Shown: positions 24,646-33,791, numbered from the stretch's first letter. The stretch: 36,975 nucleotides of DNA from a virus (IMGVR_UViG_3300017913_000804:1-36975), one strand, 5' to 3'. The notes: generated from the sequence alone by a model not told the origin. Numbers and translations are program-made.

Positions 24646-26063
24646 CCGGCAATATCAATCTTGTTCCGCAGCGCCTCTAAGATGCGCTCGTCAATCGTGT
24701 CTGGAGAAACCAAATCGATGTAGGTCACCTTACGGCCCTGACCGATACGGTGCGCACGGTCTTCTGACTGCAAACGGATTTCCAAGTCATAACTGTTGGA
24801 AAAGTAAATGACGGTGTTGGCAGCAGTCAGCGTAATGCCGTAACCACCTGTTTTGGGTTGGCCGACAAAGAACCGCAGCGGATCACTGGTGTTTTGGAAC
24901 CGATTGACGATTTCCTGACGCTCGTCCTGAGGGGTCGCCCCGTAATAGCAGGCAACACTGTCCTCGCCATACAGCTTGGCAATCTCGCTCCGGATCATCT
25001 CCAAATCGTGCGAATATGTGGCCCAAATGATGGCTTTTCCGTTCACCTCTTCGACCAGACCAAGCAACTCGCTCAGACGGTTGTTCTTGATGGGCTTAAT
25101 TTCGTCGTCATCCGGAGCAAGGTGACCGCAGCAAATTTGCTGCAAGCGCATAATCTGGGTCAGGACGCTGGCGGTCGTTGCTAACTCTCCACTTTCCATC
25201 TTGGCCAAAGCTAACTTTTTCATCTGTATATACAGACGCTCTTGTTCTGGGGTCAGCGGCACCTCACGGCGTATATACACCTTGGGCGGCAGGTCCAGAC
25301 AGTCTTCCTTCAAGACACGATTGCTGAAGCGGTCCAGCTTTTCCGACAGCTCGTCCAAACGACGGTATCCGACAATCTGTTGGAAGCTGCGGTGCCCCAT
25401 GGTGCGTTTCTGCACGTTGGCGTAGCGGCTTTGATAAGCAAAGTAGCTGTTAAAGCCTAAGCACTTTTCCTTTAACAGGTCGCACTGGCTGAACAGGTCC
25501 ATCGGCGACTTGGTGATAGGCGATCCGGTCAGGATGCGGCGATACTTCGAGCGGTCACGCAGCTTCACGATGTTCTTTGTGCGCTGCGCCTTGCGGTTTT
25601 TAATGGTCGTGCTTTCGTCGACAATAATCATGTTTTCCGGGTTCTGGAACAAGAAGGCTTCCGCGGCTTCTGTCCCACGGGGCGTGGAAAACGCCTCAAC
25701 GTTCATCACAAAAATCTTCAGCACCTTGTCCTTCGAGGTGATGAAGTCGACCAGCTCGCTCTCAAACTTCTTGGTCTTTTGTGGCGTCCAGCGCAGAACC
25801 TGACGTTCGATGCGGTCTGGTAGATGCACGGGTATCTCGCCCTTGACCCAGTTGTCGTACACGCCCTTGGGGGCAATGACCAACGCCGCGTCGATCCTTC
25901 CCATCTCATAGAGGATGGCCATGTTGTCTACGGCGACCTTCGACTTGCCCGTCCCCATCTCCATGAACAACGCGTAATACTCCGCGGCCCACGAGTCAGA
26001 CAACGCCTTGCGCTGATGGTCATAGGGCGTTGTTTTGAACTCAAATCCGTGCATTTTGATCAC
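24606..26063 (-). CDS. SNF2-family (SF2) helicase
   Basis: MEMGTGKS (Walker A), IVDES (Walker B), LTGSP, GITLTAA, QSEDRAHRIGQ. Confidence 0.93.
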   Translation of the reverse strand: MIKMHGFEFKTTPYDHQRKALSDSWAAEYYALFMEMGTGKSKVAVDNMAILYEMGRIDAALVIAPKGVYDNWVKGEIPVHLPDRIERQVLRWTPQKTKKFESELVDFITSKDKVLKIFVMNVEAFSTPRGTEAAEAFLFQNPENMIIVDESTTIKNRKAQRTKNIVKLRDRSKYRRILTGSPITKSPMDLFSQCDLLKEKCLGFNSYFAYQSRYANVQKRTMGHRSFQQIVGYRRLDELSEKLDRFSNRVLKEDCLDLPPKVYIRREVPLTPEQERLYIQMKKLALAKMESGELATTASVLTQIMRLQQICCGHLAPDDDEIKPIKNNRLSELLGLVEEVNGKAIIWATYSHDLEMIRSEIAKLYGEDSVACYYGATPQDERQEIVNRFQNTSDPLRFFVGQPKTGGYGITLTAANTVIYFSNSYDLEIRLQSEDRAHRIGQGRKVTYIDLVSPDTIDERILEALRNKIDIAGQVLGEDAKDWLR

Positions 26064-26077
26064 CGTTGAAAATACTG

Positions 26078-26120
26078 CTTGACAAGCACCGGGTATAAGA
26101 TATTATCCGCATTTGTCAAG
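26078..26120. promoter_or_regulatory. Overlapping divergent sigma70-type promoters
   Basis: Plus strand: TTGACA 26079-26084, 16 nt, TATTAT 26101-26106. Minus strand: TTGACA 26119-26114, 16 nt, TATACC 26097-26092. Lies between divergent genes. Confidence 0.75.
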
Positions 26121-26158
26121 GCCCGAACGGTGCCTTTAACCACGACAGGAGAAAAACG

Positions 26159-26743
26159 ATGAGTGACGACATCACAAAAATGATGGAGCAAGACTTTGAA
26201 GAGACGCTTGCAACATCGGTCGAAAAACTAGACCAACAGGGGCTCACTTCGGTGGCTGCGTTGGCCCGACAAATCCGAGACAAAGAGGGCCGCATCAAAA
26301 GTTTAGAGGATGACCTCAAGGCTGAGAAGAAGGCTCTTCTGAAGCTCACGGATGAAGATATGCCCGCCATGCTTGCAGAGATTGGCATCTCTTCGTTTAG
26401 CCTCGACGACGGTTCACAAGTCGAGGTGAAACAAACTTATGGGGCTTCCATCCTCGTAAATAACCGTCCTCAAGCCTACGACTGGCTGCGTGAAAACGGA
26501 TACGATGACATCATCAAGAACAGTGTCATCTGTCAGTTTGGCCGTGGCGAGGACGACCAAGCAAGCGCCTTCGCTGCCTTCGCGCAGCAACAAGGGTATG
26601 TTCCAGAGCAAAAGACAGAAATCCACCCCCAGACGCTACGCGCTTTCGTTAAGGAACGTGTAGAAGAAGGTGATGAATTTCCCATGGAGCTTTTCGGAGC
26701 GTGGGTTGGTCAACGTGCAGTTATCAAGAAAGGTAAAAAATAA
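26159..26743 (+). CDS. Conserved phage replication-module protein (coiled-coil N-terminus)
   Basis: 194 aa, SD AGGAG, motifs WLRENGYDDIIKN and IHPQTLRAFVKE. Confidence 0.75.
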   Translation: MSDDITKMMEQDFEETLATSVEKLDQQGLTSVAALARQIRDKEGRIKSLEDDLKAEKKALLKLTDEDMPAMLAEIGISSFSLDDGSQVEVKQTYGASILVNNRPQAYDWLRENGYDDIIKNSVICQFGRGEDDQASAFAAFAQQQGYVPEQKTEIHPQTLRAFVKERVEEGDEFPMELFGAWVGQRAVIKKGKK

Positions 26744-27519
26744 TGGCCGATACAAAAGCAGTAGCTACCAAAGAAAACACCGCAGTCGCGGCATTTGATC
26801 CATCAATGTTTGAGGCTGACGCAGGCCGTGGCATGGAGAACATGGGACAGGAGGACGTGGCTCTTCCCTTCCTCAAGGTTCTGTCAGGTAATGACCCTGT
26901 GTTGGACGAAAACGAAGAGGCTCGTAAGGGCGACATCTACAACACCGTTACTGGTGCAATCATCAAAGGTAAGACGGGCATTCGCGTCATCCCGTGTGCT
27001 TACCAGCGACGGTTCATCCAGTGGGCACCACGTGGCAGTGGTAGCGGTGCGCCCGTGGCAATTTACGAGCCACAAGACCAGCGTCCTAAGACGGAGCGTT
27101 CACCCGACGACAACAAAGAATACGTTGTTGGCGGCGATGGCGACTACATCGAAGAAACGCACCAGCATTTTGTGATCGTCCTTAACGACGATGGGTCCGC
27201 GGAGACCGCAATGATTGCTATGAAATCTACGCAGCTCAAGAAGTCGCGTAAGTGGAATAGCATGATGGCGTCCCGTCAGATGCAGGGAAAGAACGGGCCG
27301 TTCACGCCGCCCCGCTTCTCACACATCTACCACCTGAAAACGATCCAAGAGGAAAACTCCAAGGGCTCGTGGCATGGATGGGAGATGGGTCTGGAAGGCC
27401 CTATCACTGACGCGGCTTTGTATTCCCGTGCAAAGCAGTTTGCTGAAAGCATCACGGCGGGTGATGTTGTTGTTAAGCATACGGAAGATGACACTGTGAA
27501 TGGTGACACACCATTTTAA
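26743..27519 (+). CDS. Putative single-stranded DNA-binding protein
   Basis: 258 aa; acidic tail ending DTPF as in SSB C-termini; upstream of the primase; followed by a terminator. Confidence 0.6.
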   Translation: MADTKAVATKENTAVAAFDPSMFEADAGRGMENMGQEDVALPFLKVLSGNDPVLDENEEARKGDIYNTVTGAIIKGKTGIRVIPCAYQRRFIQWAPRGSGSGAPVAIYEPQDQRPKTERSPDDNKEYVVGGDGDYIEETHQHFVIVLNDDGSAETAMIAMKSTQLKKSRKWNSMMASRQMQGKNGPFTPPRFSHIYHLKTIQEENSKGSWHGWEMGLEGPITDAALYSRAKQFAESITAGDVVVKHTEDDTVNGDTPF

Positions 27520-27527
27520 TCGTCATT

Positions 27528-27559
27528 GCGGCGGGGCTTTCGGGCCCTGCCGCTTTTTT
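27528..27559 (+). terminator. Rho-independent terminator
   Basis: GCGGCGGGGC / GCCCTGCCGC stem, TTCG-containing loop, T6. Confidence 0.88.
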
Positions 27560-27574
27560 CCGTAGGGGGCAACA

Positions 27575-29110
27575 ATGTCGTTAGAAAAATTTGCGGCCAT
27601 ATTTGATGGTCTGAAGGAAGCCTATGGCTACTTCAAAATAGAAAAAACAGGCGCTAATGGCAAAGCCAAGGGAAAGGCAGGCGTTCTACGCGAACCCCGC
27701 ACCAAGAAGCTTTGGGAAAACCATTTATCTGGCAACGGCAATGGTCTGGGCATTATCCCAATCAACGAAGACAATTGCTGTAAGTGGGGCTGCATCGACA
27801 TCGATCAGTATCCCCTCGACCATAAGCTCCTCATAGATAAAATCCGGCGGATGCAGCTTCCGCTGGTCGTGTGCCGCTCTAAGTCAGGCGGTGCGCACTG
27901 CTTCCTGTTCTCGAAAGAGTGGGTCGAAGCAAAAGACATGCAGAAGGCTCTGCAACACATGTCCGCGGCCCTCGGATATGGCGAGAGCGAAATATTCCCA
28001 AAGCAGGTAAAGCTGCACTTGGACCGTGGAGACGTAGGTAACTTTCTCAATTTGCCATATTATGACCACGAAAACGGTCTGCGTTACGCGTTTCTGGACG
28101 ACGGAACATCGGCGTCAATAGAAGAATTTTTCGGTCTGTACGATAAATATGCCCAGACGCCTGAAGAAGTTGTTAAGCTGCAAGTAGTAGGCAGTGGCGA
28201 GACTGAACTGCTACAGGATGGCCCGCCCTGCTTACAGATACTTTGTAAGATGGGAATCAGCGAAGGGGGCCGCAACAATGGGTTATTCAACATCGGCGTT
28301 TATTTACGAAAAGCGTATCCAGATAGTTGGGAATCCGAAATCCTTAAATACAACATGGAGTACCTATCTCCGCCGCTTCCACTCCCGGAGGTCAACATAG
28401 TTGCCAAGCAGGTCCAACGCAAAGACTATGCTTTCAAATGCAACGACGCTCCGATCAACGCTTATTGCAACAAAGAGCTTTGTCGTACCCGTAAACACGG
28501 CATAGGAGCCGCTGTAGCAGGAGCCACAATCGCGAACCTGCGCAAATACAACTCCACGCCACCCGTCTGGTTTATGGACGTCAACGGCGAACCTCTGGAG
28601 CTTGATACAGATGCCCTGATGAACCAGATGACGTTCCAGCGGGCTTGCATGGAGCAGCTCAACTTTATGCCGCGTTCAGTGGCAAAGCAGCAATGGGAAA
28701 GCCGGATCAGTACCCTGCTATCCGAAATGCGTGATAACGAGAGCGCAATCATAGAAGTGGCGCAGGACGCAAGCATCAGCGGTCAATTCTATGACTACCT
28801 CGAAGAGTTTTGCCGCCACCTACAGCAAGCACAAGACAAAGAAGAAATCTTGCTACGCCGCCCTTGGACCGACGAGGAAGAGGGTTGGACCTATTTCCGC
28901 CTCAAAGACTTCGAAGCATTCCTGCGTAAGAACAAGTTCTTTGAATACAAATCCCACAAGATTGCCCAGCGTCTGCGTGACATCAGTGGCGAAAGCGTGG
29001 TTTTGAAAATTAAAGGAAGGGCGGTGCGTGTTTGGAAGATACCGGCCTTCGATGTGGCTGACATTGAAATTAGCCCACCGAAGTTTGGAGCAGAGGAGGC
29101 ACCGTTTTGA
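27575..29110 (+). CDS. Primase (AEP / primase-polymerase type with PriCT-like domain)
   Basis: CIDID, RSKSGGAH, NLPY catalytic motifs; PPC...EGGRNNGLF PriCT-like segment. Confidence 0.82.
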   Translation: MSLEKFAAIFDGLKEAYGYFKIEKTGANGKAKGKAGVLREPRTKKLWENHLSGNGNGLGIIPINEDNCCKWGCIDIDQYPLDHKLLIDKIRRMQLPLVVCRSKSGGAHCFLFSKEWVEAKDMQKALQHMSAALGYGESEIFPKQVKLHLDRGDVGNFLNLPYYDHENGLRYAFLDDGTSASIEEFFGLYDKYAQTPEEVVKLQVVGSGETELLQDGPPCLQILCKMGISEGGRNNGLFNIGVYLRKAYPDSWESEILKYNMEYLSPPLPLPEVNIVAKQVQRKDYAFKCNDAPINAYCNKELCRTRKHGIGAAVAGATIANLRKYNSTPPVWFMDVNGEPLELDTDALMNQMTFQRACMEQLNFMPRSVAKQQWESRISTLLSEMRDNESAIIEVAQDASISGQFYDYLEEFCRHLQQAQDKEEILLRRPWTDEEEGWTYFRLKDFEAFLRKNKFFEYKSHKIAQRLRDISGESVVLKIKGRAVRVWKIPAFDVADIEISPPKFGAEEAPF

Positions 29111-29610
29111 CGGAGAATGTTTTTCGCACAAACCGTTACGATTTTGCAGAGCAGTATCGTGAAAGAAACTGGGCAATTTACCATATGCGCGTTGTAGAGA
29201 AGCGGACGCTAGATAGCATCGGCGAGAAGTACAACATTTCACGGGAGCGTGTCCGCCAGATCGTTTTCAAAGCAGAAAACCTGATGAAGCACAGACGCTG
29301 GGCGGAAGCCAGTAAGAAGACAAATGGCAAGATGCCTGTTGGCGCACTGAATATTTCCATACGCGTCAGAAACGCCTTGCTGAACATGGGTGCCGCGGAC
29401 TTGAACCTGCTTTTGTTCATCGACGCCGTGTCGCCGGAAGAAATGATTAAACAACCAAATTTCGGTCTACGCAGTTTGCGTGAGCTTATTGCGGCTATTG
29501 AGGAGGTAGACCCAGATGTTTCGAATCTTTGGACCGCCGGGCACGGGAAAAACTACAACCCTGCTAAACATGGTGGACGACGCGTTGGAGAAGGGAACGC
29601 ATCCTCATAG
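29107..29610 (+). CDS. Sigma70 region 4 HTH fused to RNA polymerase alpha C-terminal-like domain
   Basis: TLDSIGEKYNISRERVRQIVFKA (sigma 4.2-like); PVGALNISIRVRNAL...EEMIKQPNFGLRSLREL (alpha-CTD-like). TTG start in TTGA overlap with SD GAGGAGG. Confidence 0.8.
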   Translation: MTENVFRTNRYDFAEQYRERNWAIYHMRVVEKRTLDSIGEKYNISRERVRQIVFKAENLMKHRRWAEASKKTNGKMPVGALNISIRVRNALLNMGAADLNLLLFIDAVSPEEMIKQPNFGLRSLRELIAAIEEVDPDVSNLWTAGHGKNYNPAKHGGRRVGEGNASS

Positions 29611-31033
29611 GATTGCCTTCCTCGCCTTCACGCGTAAGGCGGCCAACGAAGCAAAAGAGCGGGCTGCCGCACGGTTTGGCTTGGACCCCAAGAAAGACCT
29701 GATCTATTTCCGCACCCTGCACTCGCTGGCGCTGACGATGACCGACATCCGGCCAGAGCAGGTTATGCAGGAGCAGAATTACAAAGAACTGAGCAACGCC
29801 ATTGGCGTATCGCTTGGCGGGGCCAAGAACCAAAGTTTTGACGAAGATGTACCCTCAATGGTGTCTTCTAATGACCCCATTTTGGGTCTGATTAACTTGG
29901 CGCGTCTGCGCAAGGTTCCGCTGCGCGATCAATACAATGAGAGCAACATCGAACCTGACTGGAACACCGTGTCCTACGTCGACAAATGCCTGCGCGAATA
30001 CAAAGAAAAGCTGGGCCTCTATGACTTTACCGACATGCTGGCGGAGTTCGTCCGGCAGTCCGATAAGTATTGCCCTCACTTTGATCTATGCTTCCTCGAC
30101 GAAGCGCAAGACTTGAGCAACCTACAGTGGGACATCGCTCATATTCTGGATGCGCACTCCGAGCGTATGTACGCCGCAGGAGATGATGACCAAGCAATCT
30201 ATCGCTGGGCTGGCGCAAACGTGGGTCATTTCATCAATCTGCCGGGCGGCAGCGAAACACTGTCCCAGTCTTACCGTGTGCCGAGCGAGGTGCATAAAGT
30301 TGCGGAAGGTGTCGTGCGCCGCATAACCCGCCGGTTTCCGAAAAGGTACGAACCCCGGAGCGAGCCGGGCAATGTGGCGCGGATCAACACTATCCAAGCG
30401 CTCGACATGACGCAAGGCTCTTGGCTAATTTTGTCGCAGGCAGGATACCAACTACAGCCTGTGGCTAACGACTTGAAATCAAACGGTTATTTGTTCACAT
30501 ACCGCGGCCATCGGTCCATCCGCGAGAAGATTTCTGATGCAGTAAATGGGTGGGAATCGTTGCGTAAAGGAAAGGAAGTTTCCGCAGAGACCGTGCGTAA
30601 AATTTATGGCTTCATGTCGACTGGCGATAGGGTCAAACGCGGCTTCAAAAAGCTGCCCAGCCTCGATGACCAAGATATGGTTAACATGCAAGACTTGATC
30701 GTTAACCATGGTCTATTAGCAGATACTAATATGATCTGGTCCGAAGCTATGGATAAGCTGCCCGAAACAGATCGGGCCTACATCACAGCCTTGTTACGCC
30801 GTGGTGAGAAGTTCAATGGCATCCCCCGCATTACGGCGTCCACGATCCACGGATCAAAAGGCGGGGAAGCGGACAACGTTGTGTTATTCACGGACCTCAG
30901 TCCAGCCGCAGACGAAGAAATGCGGATCAACCCAGATGACATGCACCGTGTGTTTTACGTCGGCGTCACACGGACCAAGCAAAACCTCTACATCGTCGAC
31001 GCGGAAGACACTTCAAGGAGCTATGACCTATGA
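29516..31033 (+). CDS. SF1 (UvrD/Rep-like) DNA helicase
   Basis: GPPGTGKT, AFTRKAA, DEAQD, GDDDQAIY, STIHGSKGGEAD, YVGVTR; SD GAGGAGG. Confidence 0.93.
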   Translation: MFRIFGPPGTGKTTTLLNMVDDALEKGTHPHRIAFLAFTRKAANEAKERAAARFGLDPKKDLIYFRTLHSLALTMTDIRPEQVMQEQNYKELSNAIGVSLGGAKNQSFDEDVPSMVSSNDPILGLINLARLRKVPLRDQYNESNIEPDWNTVSYVDKCLREYKEKLGLYDFTDMLAEFVRQSDKYCPHFDLCFLDEAQDLSNLQWDIAHILDAHSERMYAAGDDDQAIYRWAGANVGHFINLPGGSETLSQSYRVPSEVHKVAEGVVRRITRRFPKRYEPRSEPGNVARINTIQALDMTQGSWLILSQAGYQLQPVANDLKSNGYLFTYRGHRSIREKISDAVNGWESLRKGKEVSAETVRKIYGFMSTGDRVKRGFKKLPSLDDQDMVNMQDLIVNHGLLADTNMIWSEAMDKLPETDRAYITALLRRGEKFNGIPRITASTIHGSKGGEADNVVLFTDLSPAADEEMRINPDDMHRVFYVGVTRTKQNLYIVDAEDTSRSYDL

Positions 31034-31191
31034 AAAAGATGACTTGGGATGAATGGAAAGAACACGAGGCTGCAAAGATGTGGAACGACCCGTGCGTCAA
31101 AGACGAAGACATCCCCGCCGTGAAGTTCGAATACGATCCAGAACTCAAAGAGTTCGTCCATACAGGCTACATCAATCAGGTAGAACACTAA
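31030..31191 (+). CDS. 53-aa hypothetical protein
   Basis: ATGA and TAATG overlaps with both neighbours, SD AAGGAG; MKKMTWDEWKEHEAAKMWND...NQVEH*. Not in the ORF track. Confidence 0.65.
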   Translation: MKKMTWDEWKEHEAAKMWNDPCVKDEDIPAVKFEYDPELKEFVHTGYINQVEH

Positions 31192-31547
31192 TGCGGCGCA
31201 ACGAGGTCATCCACGTCGCAAAAGACCTGATTAACGGCGACAGGGCAGAAGATTACGGCGACGCATACGACAACCATGGTCGTATCGCAGAAGGCTGGAA
31301 CGTCATCATGCGTGAGGCGCTCAAAACCCACGGGTCTTTGACCCCGGCTCACGTGGCTCTCATGATGGACTGGCTAAAAACGAGCCGATTGCTTACAAAC
31401 ATAGATAAATTCGATTCATGGATCGACAAAGTCGGGTATTCGGCGCTGGGGGCGGAGTTCGTCGCCCTCGCATCACGGACCCCGGAACAAATAATTGAGG
31501 AAGCCCGTGGCAGGTTTACAAATGGCGATGTTCGCGCCGAAGAGTGA
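31191..31547 (+). CDS. DUF6378-like phage protein
   Basis: LINGDRAEDYGD...IAEGW...VALMM..LKTSR...DSWIDKVGY; true start ATG 31191. Confidence 0.75.
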   Translation: MRRNEVIHVAKDLINGDRAEDYGDAYDNHGRIAEGWNVIMREALKTHGSLTPAHVALMMDWLKTSRLLTNIDKFDSWIDKVGYSALGAEFVALASRTPEQIIEEARGRFTNGDVRAEE

Positions 31548-33402
31548 GTGGGTTCCCCCGCTTGAATTACCAGACATCACGTCGGCAAAGAAAATTGCAA
31601 TCGACGTGGAAACAAAAGACCCGAACCTAAAACAGAATGGTCCGGGTTGGCCAACCAAGGACGGCTATATCGTCGGCTATGCCGTTGCGGTGGACGGCTG
31701 GTCGGGATACCTGCCGGTCAAGCACCTCGGTGGCGGCAACCTCGACGAGAAGATCGTCGGTCGGTGGCTCAAAAAAGTATTCGAATGCCCCGCAGATAAG
31801 ATCATGCACAATGCTCAGTACGACTTGGGCTGGATCAGAGCGTCAGGCTTCGAAGTCAAAGGCCGCATCATCGATACCATGGTAGTGGCATCCTTGTTGG
31901 ATGAAAACCGGTTCAGCTACAGCCTGAACGCGTTGGCCTACGATCATCTCAACAAAACTAAATCAGAGAAGGGCCTCGTCGAAGCCGCTCGGGAATTCGG
32001 CATCGATCCGAAAGCTGAAATGTGGAAGATGCCAGCTATGTATGTTGGACCTTACGCTGAAGCTGACGCCGAACTGACCCTCGAACTCTGGAACTACTTC
32101 TCCGTTCAACTTGGCAAAGAAGACCTTTGGCCTATCGCAAACCTCGAACTTGATCTGCTCCCATGTCTCGTGGACATGACCATGCGAGGCGTCCGTGTCG
32201 ACGTCGACAGGGTAGAGCGAACTCGGGATAGTCTGCTCAAACGAGAGAGGGACGTCCTGAAGCAAATCAAAAACGTCGTTGGCGGCGATGTCGAAATCTG
32301 GGCTGCTCAGTCGCTCGCGAAAGCGTTCGACAAAGTCGGCGTCGCATATCCAAAGACCGAAAAAGGCGCACCGTCGTTCACCAAGCTGTTCCTCCAAGAG
32401 CATCAACACCCCCTCGCGAAGCTCGTCGTCGAGGCTAGGAACCTGAACAAGACATCCGGCACCTTCATCAATTCCATCATGAAACACTGCCGCAGTGACG
32501 GCAGAATACACGCTCATATCAACCAAATCCGTTCTGATGATGGGGGCACGGTCAGCGGGCGGTTCTCAATGTCCAACCCCAACCTGCAACAAATCCCGGC
32601 CCGCGATCCCGAACTGGGTCCAATGATCCGTAGTTTGTTCCTGCCAGAAGAAGGGGAGCAGTGGGCTGCCATTGACTTCTCGCAACAGGAACCACGCATC
32701 TTGACCCATTATGCGCATGTATACGGGAAAATGCGAGGATTGCCGCTCGAAGGCGCTGCGGAGTTTGTCGAAGCCTACGTCAACAATCCAGACACCGACT
32801 TCCATACGATGGTGGCCGAGATGGCTAACATTCCGCGGAAGCAAGCAAAGACCATCAACCTTGGCATGATGTATGGCATGGGCGTGAACAAGCTGTCCGA
32901 ACAGCTCGACATCTCCGTCGACGAAGCCAAGAGCATCATCATGCAATACCACGAGCGCGTTCCGTTCGTTAAGGGTTTGATGAATGGCGTCACCAACCGT
33001 CTGAACGAGAAATCGTCCCAAGGTACGCTGCGCTCGCTGCTTGGCCGCAAGTGCCGCTTCGGTCTGTGGGAGCCAGACACGTTCGAGATGAACAAAGCCT
33101 TGCCTTACAAAGAAGCCGTAGACGCCTACGGTCCAACCGCGAGGCTGAAGCGGGCATTCACTTACAAAGCCTTGAACCGTTTGATCCAAGCATCCGCTGC
33201 CGACATGACAAAGAAAGCCATGGTAGACATCTACCAGACAGGCCGTCTTCCGATGATCCAAATCCACGATGAAATTGCCATGTCCGTCAAAAACGTTGAC
33301 GAAGCGCATGAAATCGCTAAGATCATGACTGAAGCCGTTCCCTTGGAAGTGCCTTCCAAGTGTGACGTAGAAATTGGTCCCTCATGGGGCGAAGCAAACT
33401 GA
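31507..33402 (+). CDS. polA: DNA polymerase, family A (3'-5' exonuclease plus polymerase)
   Basis: Exo motifs DVET, HNAQYD, YAEAD; Pol motifs SGRFS, PNLQQIP, DFSQQEPR, RKQAKTINLGMMYG, QIHDE. Probable GTG start 31507 after GAGG. Confidence 0.95.
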   Translation: MAGLQMAMFAPKSEWVPPLELPDITSAKKIAIDVETKDPNLKQNGPGWPTKDGYIVGYAVAVDGWSGYLPVKHLGGGNLDEKIVGRWLKKVFECPADKIMHNAQYDLGWIRASGFEVKGRIIDTMVVASLLDENRFSYSLNALAYDHLNKTKSEKGLVEAAREFGIDPKAEMWKMPAMYVGPYAEADAELTLELWNYFSVQLGKEDLWPIANLELDLLPCLVDMTMRGVRVDVDRVERTRDSLLKRERDVLKQIKNVVGGDVEIWAAQSLAKAFDKVGVAYPKTEKGAPSFTKLFLQEHQHPLAKLVVEARNLNKTSGTFINSIMKHCRSDGRIHAHINQIRSDDGGTVSGRFSMSNPNLQQIPARDPELGPMIRSLFLPEEGEQWAAIDFSQQEPRILTHYAHVYGKMRGLPLEGAAEFVEAYVNNPDTDFHTMVAEMANIPRKQAKTINLGMMYGMGVNKLSEQLDISVDEAKSIIMQYHERVPFVKGLMNGVTNRLNEKSSQGTLRSLLGRKCRFGLWEPDTFEMNKALPYKEAVDAYGPTARLKRAFTYKALNRLIQASAADMTKKAMVDIYQTGRLPMIQIHDEIAMSVKNVDEAHEIAKIMTEAVPLEVPSKCDVEIGPSWGEAN

Positions 33403-33426
33403 CTCCCTACTGCTCGACCTCTAACT

Positions 33427-33449
33427 GACCCCGCTCCGGCGGGGTTTTT
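33427..33449 (+). terminator. Rho-independent terminator after polA
   Basis: ACCCCGC-TCCG-GCGGGGT then TTTT. Confidence 0.85.
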
Positions 33450-33450
33450 C

Positions 33451-33479
33451 TTGCCTTCTCGTATATTCTCCTATAATAT
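33451..33479 (+). promoter_or_regulatory. Putative sigma70 promoter
   Basis: TTGCCT 33451-33456 with TAATAT at 17 nt (TATAAT at 15 nt). Confidence 0.5.
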
Positions 33480-33512
33480 CTTACACATGCCCGGGTAAGC
33501 TGGAGAAGATTT

Positions 33513-33680
33513 ATGGATACAACTCGCTGGAAAAGCATTCTCGTGCCGAGAGAGGTCTACGAGGAAATTAAAGAAATGTCGAAACACGAAGGCCGCACAA
33601 TCGGTGGCCAACTGCGCGTTGTATTCGATTGGTACAAAGAAAAGCACGTTGATGAATACCCAGATGACATATGCGATTAG
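33513..33680 (+). CDS. 55-aa ribbon-helix-helix (Arc/CopG-like) DNA-binding protein
   Basis: SD GGAG; MDTTRWKSILVPREVYEEIKEMSKHEGRTIGGQLRVVFDWYKEK, a strand-helix-G-x-T-helix pattern. Not in the ORF track. Confidence 0.72.
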   Translation: MDTTRWKSILVPREVYEEIKEMSKHEGRTIGGQLRVVFDWYKEKHVDEYPDDICD

Positions 33681-33683
33681 GTG

Positions 33684-33712
33684 TTGCATATCGCATACTC
33701 TGGGGGTATAGT
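33684..33712 (+). promoter_or_regulatory. Putative sigma70 promoter flanked by inverted repeat
   Basis: TTGCAT, 17 nt, TATAGT; TATGCGAT (33670-33677) / ATCGCATA (33690-33697) inverted repeat straddles the -35. Confidence 0.7.
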
Positions 33713-33751
33713 CTCTCTTGTGGCTTCGGCTGCACTCCGTAGAAGAGACCC

Positions 33752-33791
33752 GCCCCCAGTTCGGTTGCCCCCGGCTGGGGGCATTTCGTTT
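33752..33791 (+). terminator. GC-rich hairpin with weak T tail (terminator/attenuator-like)
   Basis: GCCCCCAG / CTGGGGGC stem followed by ATTTCGTTT, just upstream of the next SD. Confidence 0.5.
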
